64,000 nucleotides of DNA from Candidatus Woesearchaeota archaeon (lineage in GTDB: Archaea > Nanobdellota > Nanobdellia > SCGC-AAA011-G17 > JACPIM01): NCBI GenBank assembly GCA_964513145.1, contig CAZELK010000003.1:48870-112869 (forward strand), in the 5' to 3' direction. Below the pieces are notes generated by a model. The model had not been told where the DNA came from. It did no database searches and saw only the letters and a list, made by a program, of their open reading frames with translations. Both the position numbers and the translations under genes were made by a program. Below, piece by piece: positions 30,532-40,973 of the stretch. The stretch's first letter is position 1; each line of letters begins with the position of its first letter.

Positions 30532-31152
30532 TTATTTTTTTGCTTCTTTATAATATTCATTTACTTTATCCCAATTAATAACTTTGTAAAATGATTCAAT
30601 AAACTCATTTTTTCTGTTTTGATATTTAAGATAGTAGGCATGTTCCCAGACATCTAAACCAATAATTGGTATTTTTCCTTGAGAAATTGGACAATCTTGA
30701 TTTGGTGTAGAAATTATTTCTAAATTTCCATTACTCAACACTAACCAAGCCCAACCACTTCCGAAAACTGTCAGAGCTGCTTTTGTAAATTCTTCTTTAA
30801 ATTTGTCAAAAGATCCAAATTTAGATTCTATTGCTTTTAGAATTTCTCCGGACGGCTTAATGTCTTTTTTTAACATTGGCCACCAAAATGAATGATTAAA
30901 ATGGCCACCACCATGATTTTTTACTTGGTTTCTAATTGCTTCTGGAATTTTATTTAAATCTTTTAATAATTCTTCTATTGTTTTATTTTGCAAATCTTTA
31001 TGAGATTCTAATGCTGCATTTAATTTATCTACATAAGTCTGATGGTGCTTATCATGATGAAGTTTCGTTGTTTGCTCATCAAAATAAGGTTCTAAAGCAT
31101 TATATGCATATGGTAATGTATCTAATTTGTGCACCATTTTAATAACCCCCAA
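30532..31152 (-). CDS. sod: Fe/Mn superoxide dismutase
   Basis: HHDKHHQTY..., ...DVWEHAYYL metal ligand motifs. Confidence 0.9.
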   Translation of the reverse strand: MGVIKMVHKLDTLPYAYNALEPYFDEQTTKLHHDKHHQTYVDKLNAALESHKDLQNKTIEELLKDLNKIPEAIRNQVKNHGGGHFNHSFWWPMLKKDIKPSGEILKAIESKFGSFDKFKEEFTKAALTVFGSGWAWLVLSNGNLEIISTPNQDCPISQGKIPIIGLDVWEHAYYLKYQNRKNEFIESFYKVINWDKVNEYYKEAKK

Positions 31153-31201
31153 TAATCTAACTTAGCAATTATTATAAATAAACCTTTGCTTTATCAAATT
31201 A

Positions 31202-31993
31202 ATGAAACATAATATAAAAATAATTGGGATTATAACAATTTTATTCTTGCTTGCACAATTTACTGGGTTGTATATAAGCCATATTTATTTTACAAAAGAA
31301 TTGCCCTATGACATACAAAAACCACAATTTGAAACAAAATCTTCTTTTGTGAATATTTTTTCAGCTGTTATAATTGCTACATTATTTGCCATAGTTTTGA
31401 TTAAATTTAAGGCAGAAAGATTATGGAGATTTTGGTTTTTTATTTCTGTTTGCTTTTCTTTATTAATTTCTTTATCTGCTTTTATGAGGCAAGAATTTGC
31501 TTTAGTCATTGCTTTAATAATTACATTTTTTAAAACTATTAAACATAATATAATTGTTCATAATTTATCAGAAATTTTTATTTATGGGGGGCTTGCTGCA
31601 ATTTTTTCACAATCCTTAAGCATATTTTCAGTTTCAATTTTGCTTATTTTAATTTCTATTTATGATATGATAGCTGTATGGCAAACAAAACACATGGTGA
31701 AATTAGCTAAATTTCAAACAAAGTTGAATTTATTTGCCGGTATTTTAATACCTTATAAATACAAAAAAGAGGAAAAAACAGCTTTATTGGGGGGTGGAGA
31801 TATTGGATTTCCTTTGTTATTTGCTTCTGCTGTTTTAAAAAGTTATGGACTTAAATCTTTAATAATACCAATAATAACTAGTGTTTTTTTAGTTATGTTA
31901 TTTATTTTTGGTAAAAATAATAAATTCTATCCAGCAATGCCATTTCTTTCTATAGGCTGTTTTTTTGGCTATATGCTGGTTCTACTATTTTAA
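31202..31993 (+). CDS. presenilin / signal-peptide-peptidase-like intramembrane aspartyl protease (A22 family)
   Basis: YD motif (LILISIYDMIAVW), GxGD motif (LLGGGDIGFPLLF), PAL-like PAMPF; multi-TM. Confidence 0.6.
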   Translation: MKHNIKIIGIITILFLLAQFTGLYISHIYFTKELPYDIQKPQFETKSSFVNIFSAVIIATLFAIVLIKFKAERLWRFWFFISVCFSLLISLSAFMRQEFALVIALIITFFKTIKHNIIVHNLSEIFIYGGLAAIFSQSLSIFSVSILLILISIYDMIAVWQTKHMVKLAKFQTKLNLFAGILIPYKYKKEEKTALLGGGDIGFPLLFASAVLKSYGLKSLIIPIITSVFLVMLFIFGKNNKFYPAMPFLSIGCFFGYMLVLLF

Positions 31994-32069
31994 TTACTTA
32001 TAAGTAACTATAATAATAAAATTTATAAAGTGTTAATATAGTGAAATATACAAATATTTTTAGAATAAA

Positions 32070-32354
32070 ATGAAAAACGAAGTAACAGAAGAAAGATTAA
32101 GCACTTACTTTAGACTGACTGAAGAAGCTTACAAGAAAGCTGCTGAATCTAAAGATAAAATTAATTTAGACAATGCAAGGGACAAAATCCTGGATATGGT
32201 CAAAAGATATATTGATGATGCTTATCATTTTAAGAAAAAAGGAGATATAGTTACGGCTTTTTCAGCTTTAAGCTATGCCCACGGATTATTGGATGCCGGG
32301 GCTTTACTGGGGGTTTTTGATGTTCACGACTCGAACTTATTCATAGTCGATTAA
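32070..32354 (+). CDS. hypothetical protein
   Basis: 94 aa ORF. Confidence 0.35.
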   Translation: MKNEVTEERLSTYFRLTEEAYKKAAESKDKINLDNARDKILDMVKRYIDDAYHFKKKGDIVTAFSALSYAHGLLDAGALLGVFDVHDSNLFIVD

Positions 32355-32370
32355 CATTATAAGAAATAAA

Positions 32371-33018
32371 ATGTCAACATTTTCGTCAAATGAAATGCCT
32401 ATAGAAATCACTGGGGATGATATAAATAATTACAGGGATCTAGAAAGCAGGGCAGCAGTTCATGGTGGTGGAAAGAAACTTAATGATTTAATAATTGAAA
32501 CTGCTTCTGATGTCTTGACTATTGTAAAACAAGGTCATTATATAAAAGTTCAAAAAATAGGAAGTGATGGAAAAATTATTTTAAAATATGCACCATTGCC
32601 TTTTGACAAAAGAGTTTCTTACTGGAATCCAGAAGACAAATTAAGCAAACATAAGGAACATGATAAGATTAGACATTTAAACCCTTGCTATGTAAATTTA
32701 TCTTGTGAAGAAGCAGTATCATTGGAATCTCTGACTTATTTACATGAAGAAGTGAAAAGCGCTTATGAAGGGGGCAGCCAATATTCATTCGATGGAGAAA
32801 TATTTTTAACAGGCTTAAATGCACTTAAGATTTTAGTTGATTTAGCATCTTTTGACTACAGGGATAATGAAATAATCGGCATTAATAAAAATGGTGAGCC
32901 TTTTAAAGTTGACAACATAAAATTAAGGGCTGCTGACTTTTTGGAAAGAATAAGATTAAGCGAGGCTAAGCTCTCTGAGGATATTATGGCTGCTTTTTGG
33001 TCTCTAGAAAAATTATAA
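32371..33018 (+). CDS. hypothetical protein
   Basis: 215 aa ORF; no motif recognised. Confidence 0.4.
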   Translation: MSTFSSNEMPIEITGDDINNYRDLESRAAVHGGGKKLNDLIIETASDVLTIVKQGHYIKVQKIGSDGKIILKYAPLPFDKRVSYWNPEDKLSKHKEHDKIRHLNPCYVNLSCEEAVSLESLTYLHEEVKSAYEGGSQYSFDGEIFLTGLNALKILVDLASFDYRDNEIIGINKNGEPFKVDNIKLRAADFLERIRLSEAKLSEDIMAAFWSLEKL

Positions 33019-33086
33019 GCAAGTTATTTAAATTTGAATTCTTTAGTTTTTATCATGATTTTTAATAAAACTCTTTTTGTGATTTT

Positions 33087-33581
33087 ATGAATAAAATAAA
33101 AGTAATTATTATATCAGGCATACCTGGGACTGGCAAGACTAGTCTGGCGAAAATTATTGAAAAAAAATCTAATTTTAAAATTCTCAATATAAAAAAAATA
33201 ATTAAAGAAAATAATTTAAATGAATTTTATGATAAGTCAAGGAAGTGCTATGTTGTTGACCTTAAAAAATTGAATAAGATTTTAATAAAATATATTCTTA
33301 ATTCAAAATTTAATTTAATTATAGATTCTCATTTAGCTCATTTTTTACCTAAAAAATATGCCAGTCTTTGTATTATAACGAAATGTGATCTGAAGATATT
33401 AAAGAAAAGATTAATTAAAAGAAAATACAACTTATTGAAAATTAAAGAAAACATTGAATCTGAAATATTTAATGTCTGCCTTAATGAAGCGCACAAATTA
33501 AAGCACAATATCATAGTAATTGATACAACAAAAGGAGTTAAAGATTTAAATATAAGAAAAATAATTTCTTTTTGTAAATAA
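33087..33581 (+). CDS. P-loop nucleotide/nucleoside kinase (AK6/Fap7-like)
   Basis: IISGIPGTGKTSLAK Walker A at the N-terminus; 164 aa. Confidence 0.5.
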   Translation: MNKIKVIIISGIPGTGKTSLAKIIEKKSNFKILNIKKIIKENNLNEFYDKSRKCYVVDLKKLNKILIKYILNSKFNLIIDSHLAHFLPKKYASLCIITKCDLKILKKRLIKRKYNLLKIKENIESEIFNVCLNEAHKLKHNIIVIDTTKGVKDLNIRKIISFCK

Positions 33582-33582
33582 C

Positions 33583-34383
33583 ATGGATGTATTATTTGAA
33601 CACCCAAGATTTAGAAAATTAAAGAAGCAGGGACTTACTTATGTGGACATGCATTATCATACTAATTTTTCCATGGATACTTCTACAAGGGTTAGCTTTA
33701 TTGCAAAAAGGGCGAAGATGCTGGGATGCGGGGTTGCGATTACAGATCATAATGCAATAGGGGGAGCATTGAATTTAGCTAAAAAGAATGTGATGGTTGT
33801 ACCTTCCCTGGAAATAACAACTTCTGAATTAATAGACATAATTCCTTATTTTTATAGTTTTAGTGAGCTTAGAGAATTTTACAATAAATATATTAAAAAT
33901 TACATAAGACCAAATATTGGTTTTAATTTTAATCGTGTTACCTGGAAATTTGCTGAAATATTAGACATATTACAGAAATATAATTGTCTAACAATTATAC
34001 CGCATCCATTTGCACCATATCCGCAAAGCACAGAACAATTTTTGCTTAAAGACAATAAAAGTCTGCTGAAAAAGATCCATGGTTTTGAGGTTTTAAACGG
34101 CTTAATGAAAAAAGAACGAAACCAAAAGGCATTGTCAATAACAAAAGAATTGGGAAAATGCTATATTGGCGGAAGTGATGGACATACATTATTACAATTA
34201 GGTGGTGTTGTTACAATAACTGAAAATACAGATTTAGAAGGATTTCTGGATTACATAAGGAAAAAACAAAATATTGTCATGGGAGAAGAATTAACATGGT
34301 CTGCCAGAAAAATAGTTCATTTTATTATTATAAAAAATTGCTTTAAATTAAAAATAAAAGAGAAAACACATGGCAATAATTGA
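33583..34383 (+). CDS. PHP-domain metal-dependent phosphoesterase
   Basis: MHYHTNFSMD..., ITDHNAIGG, ...GGSDGH, characteristic PHP His/Asp motifs. Confidence 0.7.
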   Translation: MDVLFEHPRFRKLKKQGLTYVDMHYHTNFSMDTSTRVSFIAKRAKMLGCGVAITDHNAIGGALNLAKKNVMVVPSLEITTSELIDIIPYFYSFSELREFYNKYIKNYIRPNIGFNFNRVTWKFAEILDILQKYNCLTIIPHPFAPYPQSTEQFLLKDNKSLLKKIHGFEVLNGLMKKERNQKALSITKELGKCYIGGSDGHTLLQLGGVVTITENTDLEGFLDYIRKKQNIVMGEELTWSARKIVHFIIIKNCFKLKIKEKTHGNN

Positions 34384-34885
34384 AGAATTATATTTTGCAT
34401 TACCTATTTATGTCGGCAATATGATGCCTGTTTTTGCAAGAAAAATTAATTTTCTTAATTATCCGATTAATCAAAAAATGTTTGGTGAGAATAAGACTTT
34501 TAGGGGTTTTTTAAGCGCAATAATTGCAGCTATAATAATCTTTTATTTACAATCTTATTTGTATAAATTTGATTTTATTAAAAATATTAGCTTAATAGAC
34601 TATCAGCAGGAAAATTTATTATTTTTAGGATTTCTTGGCGGATTTGGGGCTATTAGCGGTGACCTGATAAAAAGTTTCTTTAAACGAAGAAAAAGAATAA
34701 AACCTGGACAACCATGGTTTCCTTTTGATCAGCTAGATTTTATACTGGGTGCTTTAATATTTCTTTACCCATTTGTCAAATTAAATTTTGTAAATATTTT
34801 GACTTTGTTATTAGTTACGCCTTTTCTTCATATTGCTGCAAATCATGCTGGATATTATTTAGGAGTAAGAGAGGTTAAATGGTAA
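34370..34885 (+). CDS. carS: CDP-archaeol synthase (CTP:2,3-bis-O-geranylgeranyl-sn-glycerol-1-phosphate cytidylyltransferase)
   Basis: KTFRGFLSA..., ...GDLIKSFFKRRKRIKPGQPWFPFDQLDF matches the CarS/DUF46 signature. Confidence 0.7.
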   Translation: MAIIEELYFALPIYVGNMMPVFARKINFLNYPINQKMFGENKTFRGFLSAIIAAIIIFYLQSYLYKFDFIKNISLIDYQQENLLFLGFLGGFGAISGDLIKSFFKRRKRIKPGQPWFPFDQLDFILGALIFLYPFVKLNFVNILTLLLVTPFLHIAANHAGYYLGVREVKW

Positions 34886-35493
34886 GATATAGATTAGCTG
34901 AAAGATTTATAATGAATAATCAGAAATTTAGGGATATTTTATTCAAGCCTATTTTAACTGTTTTAACTTATTTTAATATAACTGGAAATTATTTAAGCAA
35001 TCTGAAGTTAATTTTATCTTTACCATTTATTTACTTTGCTTTTATAAATTTAAAAATTGCTTTTGTATTCATTTTAGCTTCTATTTTTGTCGACTTATTT
35101 GACGGACCATTGGCAAGGATGCAGAAAATTAATTCTGACAGGGGAAAGTTTGTTGATATTTTTGGGGATTTTATAATATATTTGTCTGTTATATTTACTT
35201 TATATTATCTTAATTTATTTAATAATAATTTGCTAGTTTATAATTTATTCATATTTCCCATGATAGCAATTTTATCCACTATTAGAAAACAAGAGTTTAC
35301 AAAAACAGACTGGATAATAAAACCAGCACCTGAAATTGGGCATTTTAATGCTTTATTTTATTTACTTTTATTTTTATTTATTTATTTTAATATAAATTAT
35401 ATTGACTTAGTTTTATTTTTTATTAATCTTATTTATACTTTTTTAACAATTTATTATTTTATATTTATACAATTTAGATGGTTAAAGAATTAA
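34879..35493 (+). CDS. CDP-alcohol phosphatidyltransferase (archaetidyl-serine/inositol-phosphate synthase-like)
   Basis: D-G-x2-A-R-x8-G-x3-D-x3-D: DLFDGPLARMQKINSDRGKFVDIFGDFII. Confidence 0.65.
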   Translation: MVRYRLAERFIMNNQKFRDILFKPILTVLTYFNITGNYLSNLKLILSLPFIYFAFINLKIAFVFILASIFVDLFDGPLARMQKINSDRGKFVDIFGDFIIYLSVIFTLYYLNLFNNNLLVYNLFIFPMIAILSTIRKQEFTKTDWIIKPAPEIGHFNALFYLLLFLFIYFNINYIDLVLFFINLIYTFLTIYYFIFIQFRWLKN

Positions 35494-35649
35494 GGTGATC
35501 TAAAATAGGCGCTTGATTTTTCGAGATTAAGAGATAATTACCTAAATAAAGCAGACCTTGACTTATATGATATTTGTATAGCTGTAGATAGTGGTCTAAA
35601 TAAAATTGAAGACATTTCCAGTTTACTTAATACTTCTGAAAGATCAATT

Positions 35650-36324
35650 TTGAGAAGAATTAAACTATTAAATAATTATGGATTAAATTTTAGGATTTCT
35701 TGGACAAGGTCTCTTTCTAAAAATATTGGAGAAGTATATTTCGAGCTTCATGATCATATTGACGTTGCCTTAAGAAAACTGGATTATGCGCTTGGGATGT
35801 GGCCTTTTAACAAAGCAACAAAGTTATCTAAAGAAGAACAGGATAAAATCTTATCGACTTATAAAAGAGTTTTGAACAAAGAAATTAATTGGCCAAGTTG
35901 TTATTTTAAAAACTATAATTTAGATGAAATTACAAGAGTAGTGCTGCCTTTTGCTCTTGAAAATGTTCTTAAATTAAACCCAGAGGATTGTTCAAAAAAA
36001 GATATCAAAAAAGCAAGACTTGGAACTCTTTTATCCAAGTATTATGGGCAGTCTATAAATAAATTTCTCAGGGTTTGTTATCCATGGCTAAAATTAAAAG
36101 TTGGCAGAAAAGAAAAATGGAATAAAGACAGGGCTTCTGAAGCAATTAGGTTATTAGTAAATAGTTATTCATGGTCTCCAGATGAAGCTTATGAAAAAAT
36201 CAGACATTCACATTTCAGAGAGAAGGGATTGCTTCGCATACTTTATAATCCCCAACTCGGTTTGAAAGGTTCGCTGGATGCTGCCTTGAATTTAGCTTAT
36301 CAGGAAAATATATTGTGGGAGTAA
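35650..36324 (+). CDS. hypothetical protein
   Basis: 224 aa; 3' end overlaps the tRNA on the opposite strand by about 10 nt. Confidence 0.4.
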   Translation: MRRIKLLNNYGLNFRISWTRSLSKNIGEVYFELHDHIDVALRKLDYALGMWPFNKATKLSKEEQDKILSTYKRVLNKEINWPSCYFKNYNLDEITRVVLPFALENVLKLNPEDCSKKDIKKARLGTLLSKYYGQSINKFLRVCYPWLKLKVGRKEKWNKDRASEAIRLLVNSYSWSPDEAYEKIRHSHFREKGLLRILYNPQLGLKGSLDAALNLAYQENILWE

Positions 36325-36438
36325 GGATTTGAACCTTAGTAGGCACTGAGCCAACAGCTTTCTTTTAAGTCAAACTTAACTTGAGGTTGGACAATTTCTT
36401 TAAATTTCTGTCCCGTTTGACCGCTCCGGCACTCCCAC
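36314..36438 (-). tRNA. tRNA-Leu(CAA)-type, 125 nt, apparently with two small introns (about 21 nt after position 26, about 23 nt in the anticodon loop)
   Basis: Reverse complement GTGGGAG-TG-CCGGAGCGGTCAAACGGG-[ACAGAAATTTAAAGAAATTGT]-CCAAC-CTCAAG[TTAAGTTTGACTTAAAAGAAAGC]T-GTTGG-CTCAGTGCCTAC-TAAGG-TTCAAAT-CCTTA-CTCCCAC-A. The 7-bp acceptor, T-arm and 5-bp anticodon stem are perfect. Exact intron boundaries and isotype are uncertain. Confidence 0.5.
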
Positions 36439-36482
36439 TTAGAAGAATTTAGATTATTAATTGGTTAAAAACTTTTTGTTAA

Positions 36483-37100
36483 TTAAAAGTATTCCAGAAC
36501 ACTTTTTATTTTTACAGTTATTTTATATTTTTTAAATAATTGATGAAAAATATTTGTATGCTCGGAATCTATTATAATGCAACCTTTTCCTAATTTTTCT
36601 GCTTTGTACTTTTGAATTAATCCCAGATAAAATTTTTCATTTTGTTTATATCCAAATAATTGTTTATTAAACAACACTCTTTTCGAATTTGGCTTAATAT
36701 TCTCCCATATAAAAAATACCTTATGTTTTCCATCTTTTATTTCTGGTTTATATTTTCCGTATAAAATAATTCCATTTGCAACAATACTCGGTTTTAAATC
36801 AGTCCATTTATCTAATTCTCCAATCATCAATTTTATTTCGTTTTTAATATTTAATAATTTCCAATAATTTTTATATTTTGCAGAATTTTCAAAACCATTT
36901 AAAATTTTCTGAATTTCATTTTCAATTTTCTTATCTTCTCTTATTAAATCTATAAATATGTCTATATCACTATCTTTTCCAACTTCCTCTCTTGCTACAG
37001 ACCCAAATAAAATAATATTTTTAATTTTATTTTTATCATTGATATTCTGAATCAAGAAAGATGTAAAATCCAATACATATGACATTAATTTATAATTCAT
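36483..37100 (-). CDS. nucleotidyltransferase-domain protein (Pol-beta superfamily, MNT-like N-terminus)
   Basis: ILFGSVAREEVGKDSDIDIFIDL (GS-x9-13-DxD). Confidence 0.6.
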   Translation of the reverse strand: MNYKLMSYVLDFTSFLIQNINDKNKIKNIILFGSVAREEVGKDSDIDIFIDLIREDKKIENEIQKILNGFENSAKYKNYWKLLNIKNEIKLMIGELDKWTDLKPSIVANGIILYGKYKPEIKDGKHKVFFIWENIKPNSKRVLFNKQLFGYKQNEKFYLGLIQKYKAEKLGKGCIIIDSEHTNIFHQLFKKYKITVKIKSVLEYF

Positions 37101-37216
37101 TTAAGCCAGCCTCTCTAAATTTTTCTTTTAATTTATTGAAGTTATTATTTTTTAATATATAAATTTTATGGTTCATTTGAAACTATACTTAGGTTTCACT
37201 TGAAACTATTAAAAAA

Positions 37217-38092
37217 TCAAAACTTTTTGTTAATTTTTCTTAGACATAAATAAGAACATGTTTTCTTTAATTTTTTAGAGCACTCTTTACATGATATAAA
37301 TAATTTATCGCATTTTTGGTTGGAGCAATTAATATAACTGCTGCAAGGCATGTGACATAGTTCGCAGATGCTTATTTCTTTTGATTTTTTACTTACTGGA
37401 ATAGACATCCTGCTGTCAAATACAAAACAACGACCTTCAAAATATTTATCTGGGAATTTATTTATATAATCTAAAATCCCACCTTCTAATTGGAACACAT
37501 TTTTGAAACCAATTTCTTTTAGAAAAGCTGATGCTTTTTCACATCTTACGCCGCCTGTACAATATGTAATTATTTTTTTATCTTTATATTTTAACAATGA
37601 TTTTTTTAACTTTTTAAATTCACGAAAAGTTTCTATATTTGGTGTTATTGCATTCTTGAATTTTCCAATTTTGCTTTCATAATTGTTTCTTGCGTCCAGA
37701 ATTATTACATCTTCTTTATTATCTATTATGTTATTCAATTCTATTGGAGAAATATATTTACCTTTTTTCTTTAAATTTACTTTTAAGTCTGATGTGACTA
37801 TTTCTTTTTTTACTCTTATGATCATTTTTTTAAATGGATGTTCATCAGAAATTGAATGCTTGAATTTTACGTCATTAAATAAGTCATTTTTTAGGAGATA
37901 TTTTTCATATCTTGATATTTGTTCTTTTGTCCCAGAAATAGATCCGTTTATGCCTTCTTTTGCAATTAATACTTTTCCTTTTAACTTACTAATCTTGCAA
38001 AATTCCTGATTCTTTTCTTTAAATCTTACAGGTGCTTTTATTTTTACGTATTTATAAAAAGATGAAACTATTACTTTCATTTTTTGAAACAA
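37217..38092 (-). CDS. trhO: rhodanese-domain tRNA uridine(34) hydroxylase TrhO (YceA/UPF0176)
   Basis: N-terminal LIAKEGINGSISG, rhodanese active-site CTGGVRCEKA, C-terminal Cys-rich tail. Confidence 0.7.
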   Translation of the reverse strand: MFQKMKVIVSSFYKYVKIKAPVRFKEKNQEFCKISKLKGKVLIAKEGINGSISGTKEQISRYEKYLLKNDLFNDVKFKHSISDEHPFKKMIIRVKKEIVTSDLKVNLKKKGKYISPIELNNIIDNKEDVIILDARNNYESKIGKFKNAITPNIETFREFKKLKKSLLKYKDKKIITYCTGGVRCEKASAFLKEIGFKNVFQLEGGILDYINKFPDKYFEGRCFVFDSRMSIPVSKKSKEISICELCHMPCSSYINCSNQKCDKLFISCKECSKKLKKTCSYLCLRKINKKF

Positions 38093-38193
38093 AACCTTTT
38101 TATATTTAAATTGTTTACTTTTCTAAGTAAAAAAGGTGATATAAAATCAAAATTGAGATTTCAAATAAAATATTTTTTAGTTCTTTAGTATTA

Positions 38194-38772
38194 TTGCTAA
38201 TTTTAATAGCTGGTTTAGGGGTTTATGGTTTTGGCACTAGTAATCCAGCTGTTTTCGGGCATAGTGCAGAAGAAATTGCAGCAGGGACAATTGGTGGGGT
38301 TTTAACAATAACCAATAACCGAGTCGGAATAGGCACAACAAGCCCCTTGTCTCCTTTAACTGTTGTAGGAGAGATATCAGCAACTCAATTTTCTAAAAGT
38401 GGTTGTGTTTCAGGGTTTACAGATTATGGTGTATGCGTAAGCAATGGTTTTTATCTTCGTGATGATCAGATAGGGGATTTTTTTTTAGCAAGTGCTATTA
38501 GTGGTAATACTTTTTTAGGAAGGCAAGTAGATGAACATGTTTGCACAAGAAGTGAAATTGCTGCTGCTTGTCGTTATGGTAATAGTAAAGGTTGGGCTAC
38601 ACCACCAAGCGGATATACTTTCTTATTAGGTGATTCTTGTGGAGATGATTGCCAGTTATATGTTAATAATCCAGATCAGTGTGCTGGTTCCCCGGCTGGT
38701 TATGTCTTTAATTTTGATGGACCAATTAATCCACATCAGGTAGCTAAATGGGCTGCAAGAATTTGTTATTAA
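38194..38772 (+). CDS. secreted Gly/Cys-rich protein (TTG start in ORF track; start uncertain)
   Basis: Hydrophobic N-terminus and 10 Cys; the ORF begins with TTG at 38194. Confidence 0.35.
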   Translation: MLILIAGLGVYGFGTSNPAVFGHSAEEIAAGTIGGVLTITNNRVGIGTTSPLSPLTVVGEISATQFSKSGCVSGFTDYGVCVSNGFYLRDDQIGDFFLASAISGNTFLGRQVDEHVCTRSEIAAACRYGNSKGWATPPSGYTFLLGDSCGDDCQLYVNNPDQCAGSPAGYVFNFDGPINPHQVAKWAARICY

Positions 38773-38791
38773 ATCATTTTTTATTTTTTAA

Positions 38792-39322
38792 ATGAAAAGA
38801 ATTTTACAAGTCATTAATCTGCTTGGAAAAAAAAGAAATGAAATTAATATTTCTCAAGACTCTATTGAGTTCATTACTGCTATTTCCAAAAGTTTGAGAC
38901 CGGAAAATGTTTTAGAAATAGGGTGTTTTAATGGCTATTCTGCTTTATGGTTTTCTTTATTTGCCAAGAATGTTATTACATTAGAAATTGATAATAATAA
39001 TATAAAATCAGCTAAAGAAAACTTTTTTAAAGCTGGTTCTAAAAATATCAAGATAATTGAAGGCGATGCCAAGATAATTTTAAATAATTTAAAGAAAAAG
39101 TTTGAGATTATTTTTATAGACGGAAAAAAATCAGAATATAAAGAATATTTAGAATTATCTTTAAATCTTCTTAGTAAAAATGGGTTGATTTTTGCTGACA
39201 ATACTATTTCTCATAAAGATTTATTAAAGGAGTTTTTTGCTTATCTAGAAAAAAGCAGCTTGTATTATAAAGAACTTAATCTCGGGAAGGGATTAATAAT
39301 AATTTCTAATAAACTTTTATAA
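38792..39322 (+). CDS. class I SAM-dependent O-methyltransferase-like protein
   Basis: VLEIGCFNGYSALWFS motif I, ...IFIDGKK...; 176 aa. Confidence 0.6.
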   Translation: MKRILQVINLLGKKRNEINISQDSIEFITAISKSLRPENVLEIGCFNGYSALWFSLFAKNVITLEIDNNNIKSAKENFFKAGSKNIKIIEGDAKIILNNLKKKFEIIFIDGKKSEYKEYLELSLNLLSKNGLIFADNTISHKDLLKEFFAYLEKSSLYYKELNLGKGLIIISNKLL

Positions 39323-39474
39323 AAAGTTTAATCAAAGAACCTTTTAACGAAAAAAGCTTCACCAAAAATTGGAAAAGCTTAAGCAAAAATAAAATATTCT
39401 AAAAATTCACTTATTTTTTGAGTGAAAAATTACCAGATATTTATTTAAACAGATAAATGTAAAACGCGGATGAA

Positions 39475-40152
39475 ATGAAAGACTTAATCAGACTGGAAAA
39501 TGTGGAGAAAACCTATAATCTGGGCGAGACTAAAGTCAAGGCTTTAAATAATATTAATTTAGAGATTTATCAAAATGATTTTATTGCTGTTCAAGGACCT
39601 TCTGGTTCTGGAAAAAGCACTATTGTTAATATGATTGGATGTTTAGATACGCCAACAAATGGAAATATTTACTTGGAAAAACATAACATTGCACATTTAT
39701 CAGAAAGTAATTTGGCACAAATAAGAGGAAAAAAAATCGGATTTATCTTTCAAACATTTAATTTAATTCCCAGTTTAACTGCTTTGGAAAATGTTGCCTT
39801 GCCAATGACTTTTCAGAATACATTTAGGGCAATAAGATTAAAAAGAGCAGCAGAACTTTTAGAAAAAGTCGGGCTGGGAAACAGATTAAAACATTTGCCC
39901 AACCAATTATCCGGGGGACAAAGGCAAAGAGTAGCTATTGCACGAGCTTTAATAAATAATCCTGAAATAATTTTGGCAGATGAACCTACTGGAAATTTAG
40001 ATACAAAAACTGGGGGAGAAATCATGAATATACTCTTGGACTTTAACCAAAAAGGAAAAACAATAATCTTAGTTACTCATAATTCTGACTTGGCTAAACT
40101 TGCAAAGAGGAATGTAATAATAAAAGATGGAGAGATAATAAAAGAAAGATGA
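39475..40152 (+). CDS. ABC transporter ATP-binding protein (MacB/LolD/FtsE-like)
   Basis: [36 protein letters not shown]-loop VTHN. Confidence 0.9.
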   Translation: MKDLIRLENVEKTYNLGETKVKALNNINLEIYQNDFIAVQGPSGSGKSTIVNMIGCLDTPTNGNIYLEKHNIAHLSESNLAQIRGKKIGFIFQTFNLIPSLTALENVALPMTFQNTFRAIRLKRAAELLEKVGLGNRLKHLPNQLSGGQRQRVAIARALINNPEIILADEPTGNLDTKTGGEIMNILLDFNQKGKTIILVTHNSDLAKLAKRNVIIKDGEIIKER

Positions 40153-40973
40153 GAATCTTAATGACGTTATTACTAATATTTTTGATATTGCCAATAGCTA
40201 ATGCACAAATAGCTATACAAACTTTTAATTCTTTGCCTAGCAAGGTGTTACCTGGCGAGAAATTAAAATTAGTAATTACTTTAGGAAATGTGGGTGATGA
40301 AGATATTGAGAATATTTTAGTAAAGTTAGATTTGTCACAAGTTCCTTTTGCTCCCTTAGGGTCTTCGAGTGAACAAGCTATTAATGAAATTAAAAATGAC
40401 AGAGAGAAGACAGTTAATTTTGATTTAATTGCATTGCCGAATGCTGAATCACAGATATATAAAATACCTGTGGAAATTTCTTATAATGAAACTAAAAAAA
40501 ATTCTTTAATTAGTTTAGAAGTCAGCGCCAAAACGAATATTGACTTAATTTTAGACAATACTGAGCTTGTAAAAGTGAATGACAAAGGCAAAGTAAACTT
40601 GAAATTTATAAATAATGGGTTATCACAAATAAAATTTCTTAAAGTTATCCTAGAAGAAAGTCCAGAATATGAAATAATTTCCACAAAATCTATTTATATT
40701 GGGGAAGTAGATGTAGATGATTTTGAATCTGAGGAGTTTACAATTATTCCAAAACAAAAAAACCCACAATTATCATTTACTTTAGAATATAGGGATGTAA
40801 ATAATAATCAATTTAGGGAAACCAGGGTTGTTAATTTAAATATTTACACTGAAGAAGAGGCAAAACAACTTGGTTTGGTAAGCCAGAGCTTTAACTGGCT
40901 ATTCATAGTTTTAGTTGTTCTAGTCTTATTTTTAATTTACTTATATAGAAGAAAGAAAAAAAATGCTGGCTGA
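40149..40973 (+). CDS. secreted COG1361-like cell-surface protein with C-terminal TM anchor
   Basis: Signal peptide; C-terminal TM followed by YRRKKKNAG. Sits in the typical position between the ABC ATPase and FtsX permease in archaeal cassettes. Confidence 0.5.
   Translation: MRILMTLLLIFLILPIANAQIAIQTFNSLPSKVLPGEKLKLVITLGNVGDEDIENILVKLDLSQVPFAPLGSSSEQAINEIKNDREKTVNFDLIALPNAESQIYKIPVEISYNETKKNSLISLEVSAKTNIDLILDNTELVKVNDKGKVNLKFINNGLSQIKFLKVILEESPEYEIISTKSIYIGEVDVDDFESEEFTIIPKQKNPQLSFTLEYRDVNNNQFRETRVVNLNIYTEEEAKQLGLVSQSFNWLFIVLVVLVLFLIYLYRRKKKNAG

Noticed and set aside
36326-36438. Alternative single-intron model for the 125-nt tRNA (anticodon stem ACAG/CTGT, about 42-nt intron)
   Set aside because: It gives a good class-II variable arm (GGC-TCAGT-GCC). 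But it leaves an anticodon loop (AAATTT...) with no valid anticodon, and a mismatched stem. The two-intron Leu-CAA model fits better, though it remains unverified.
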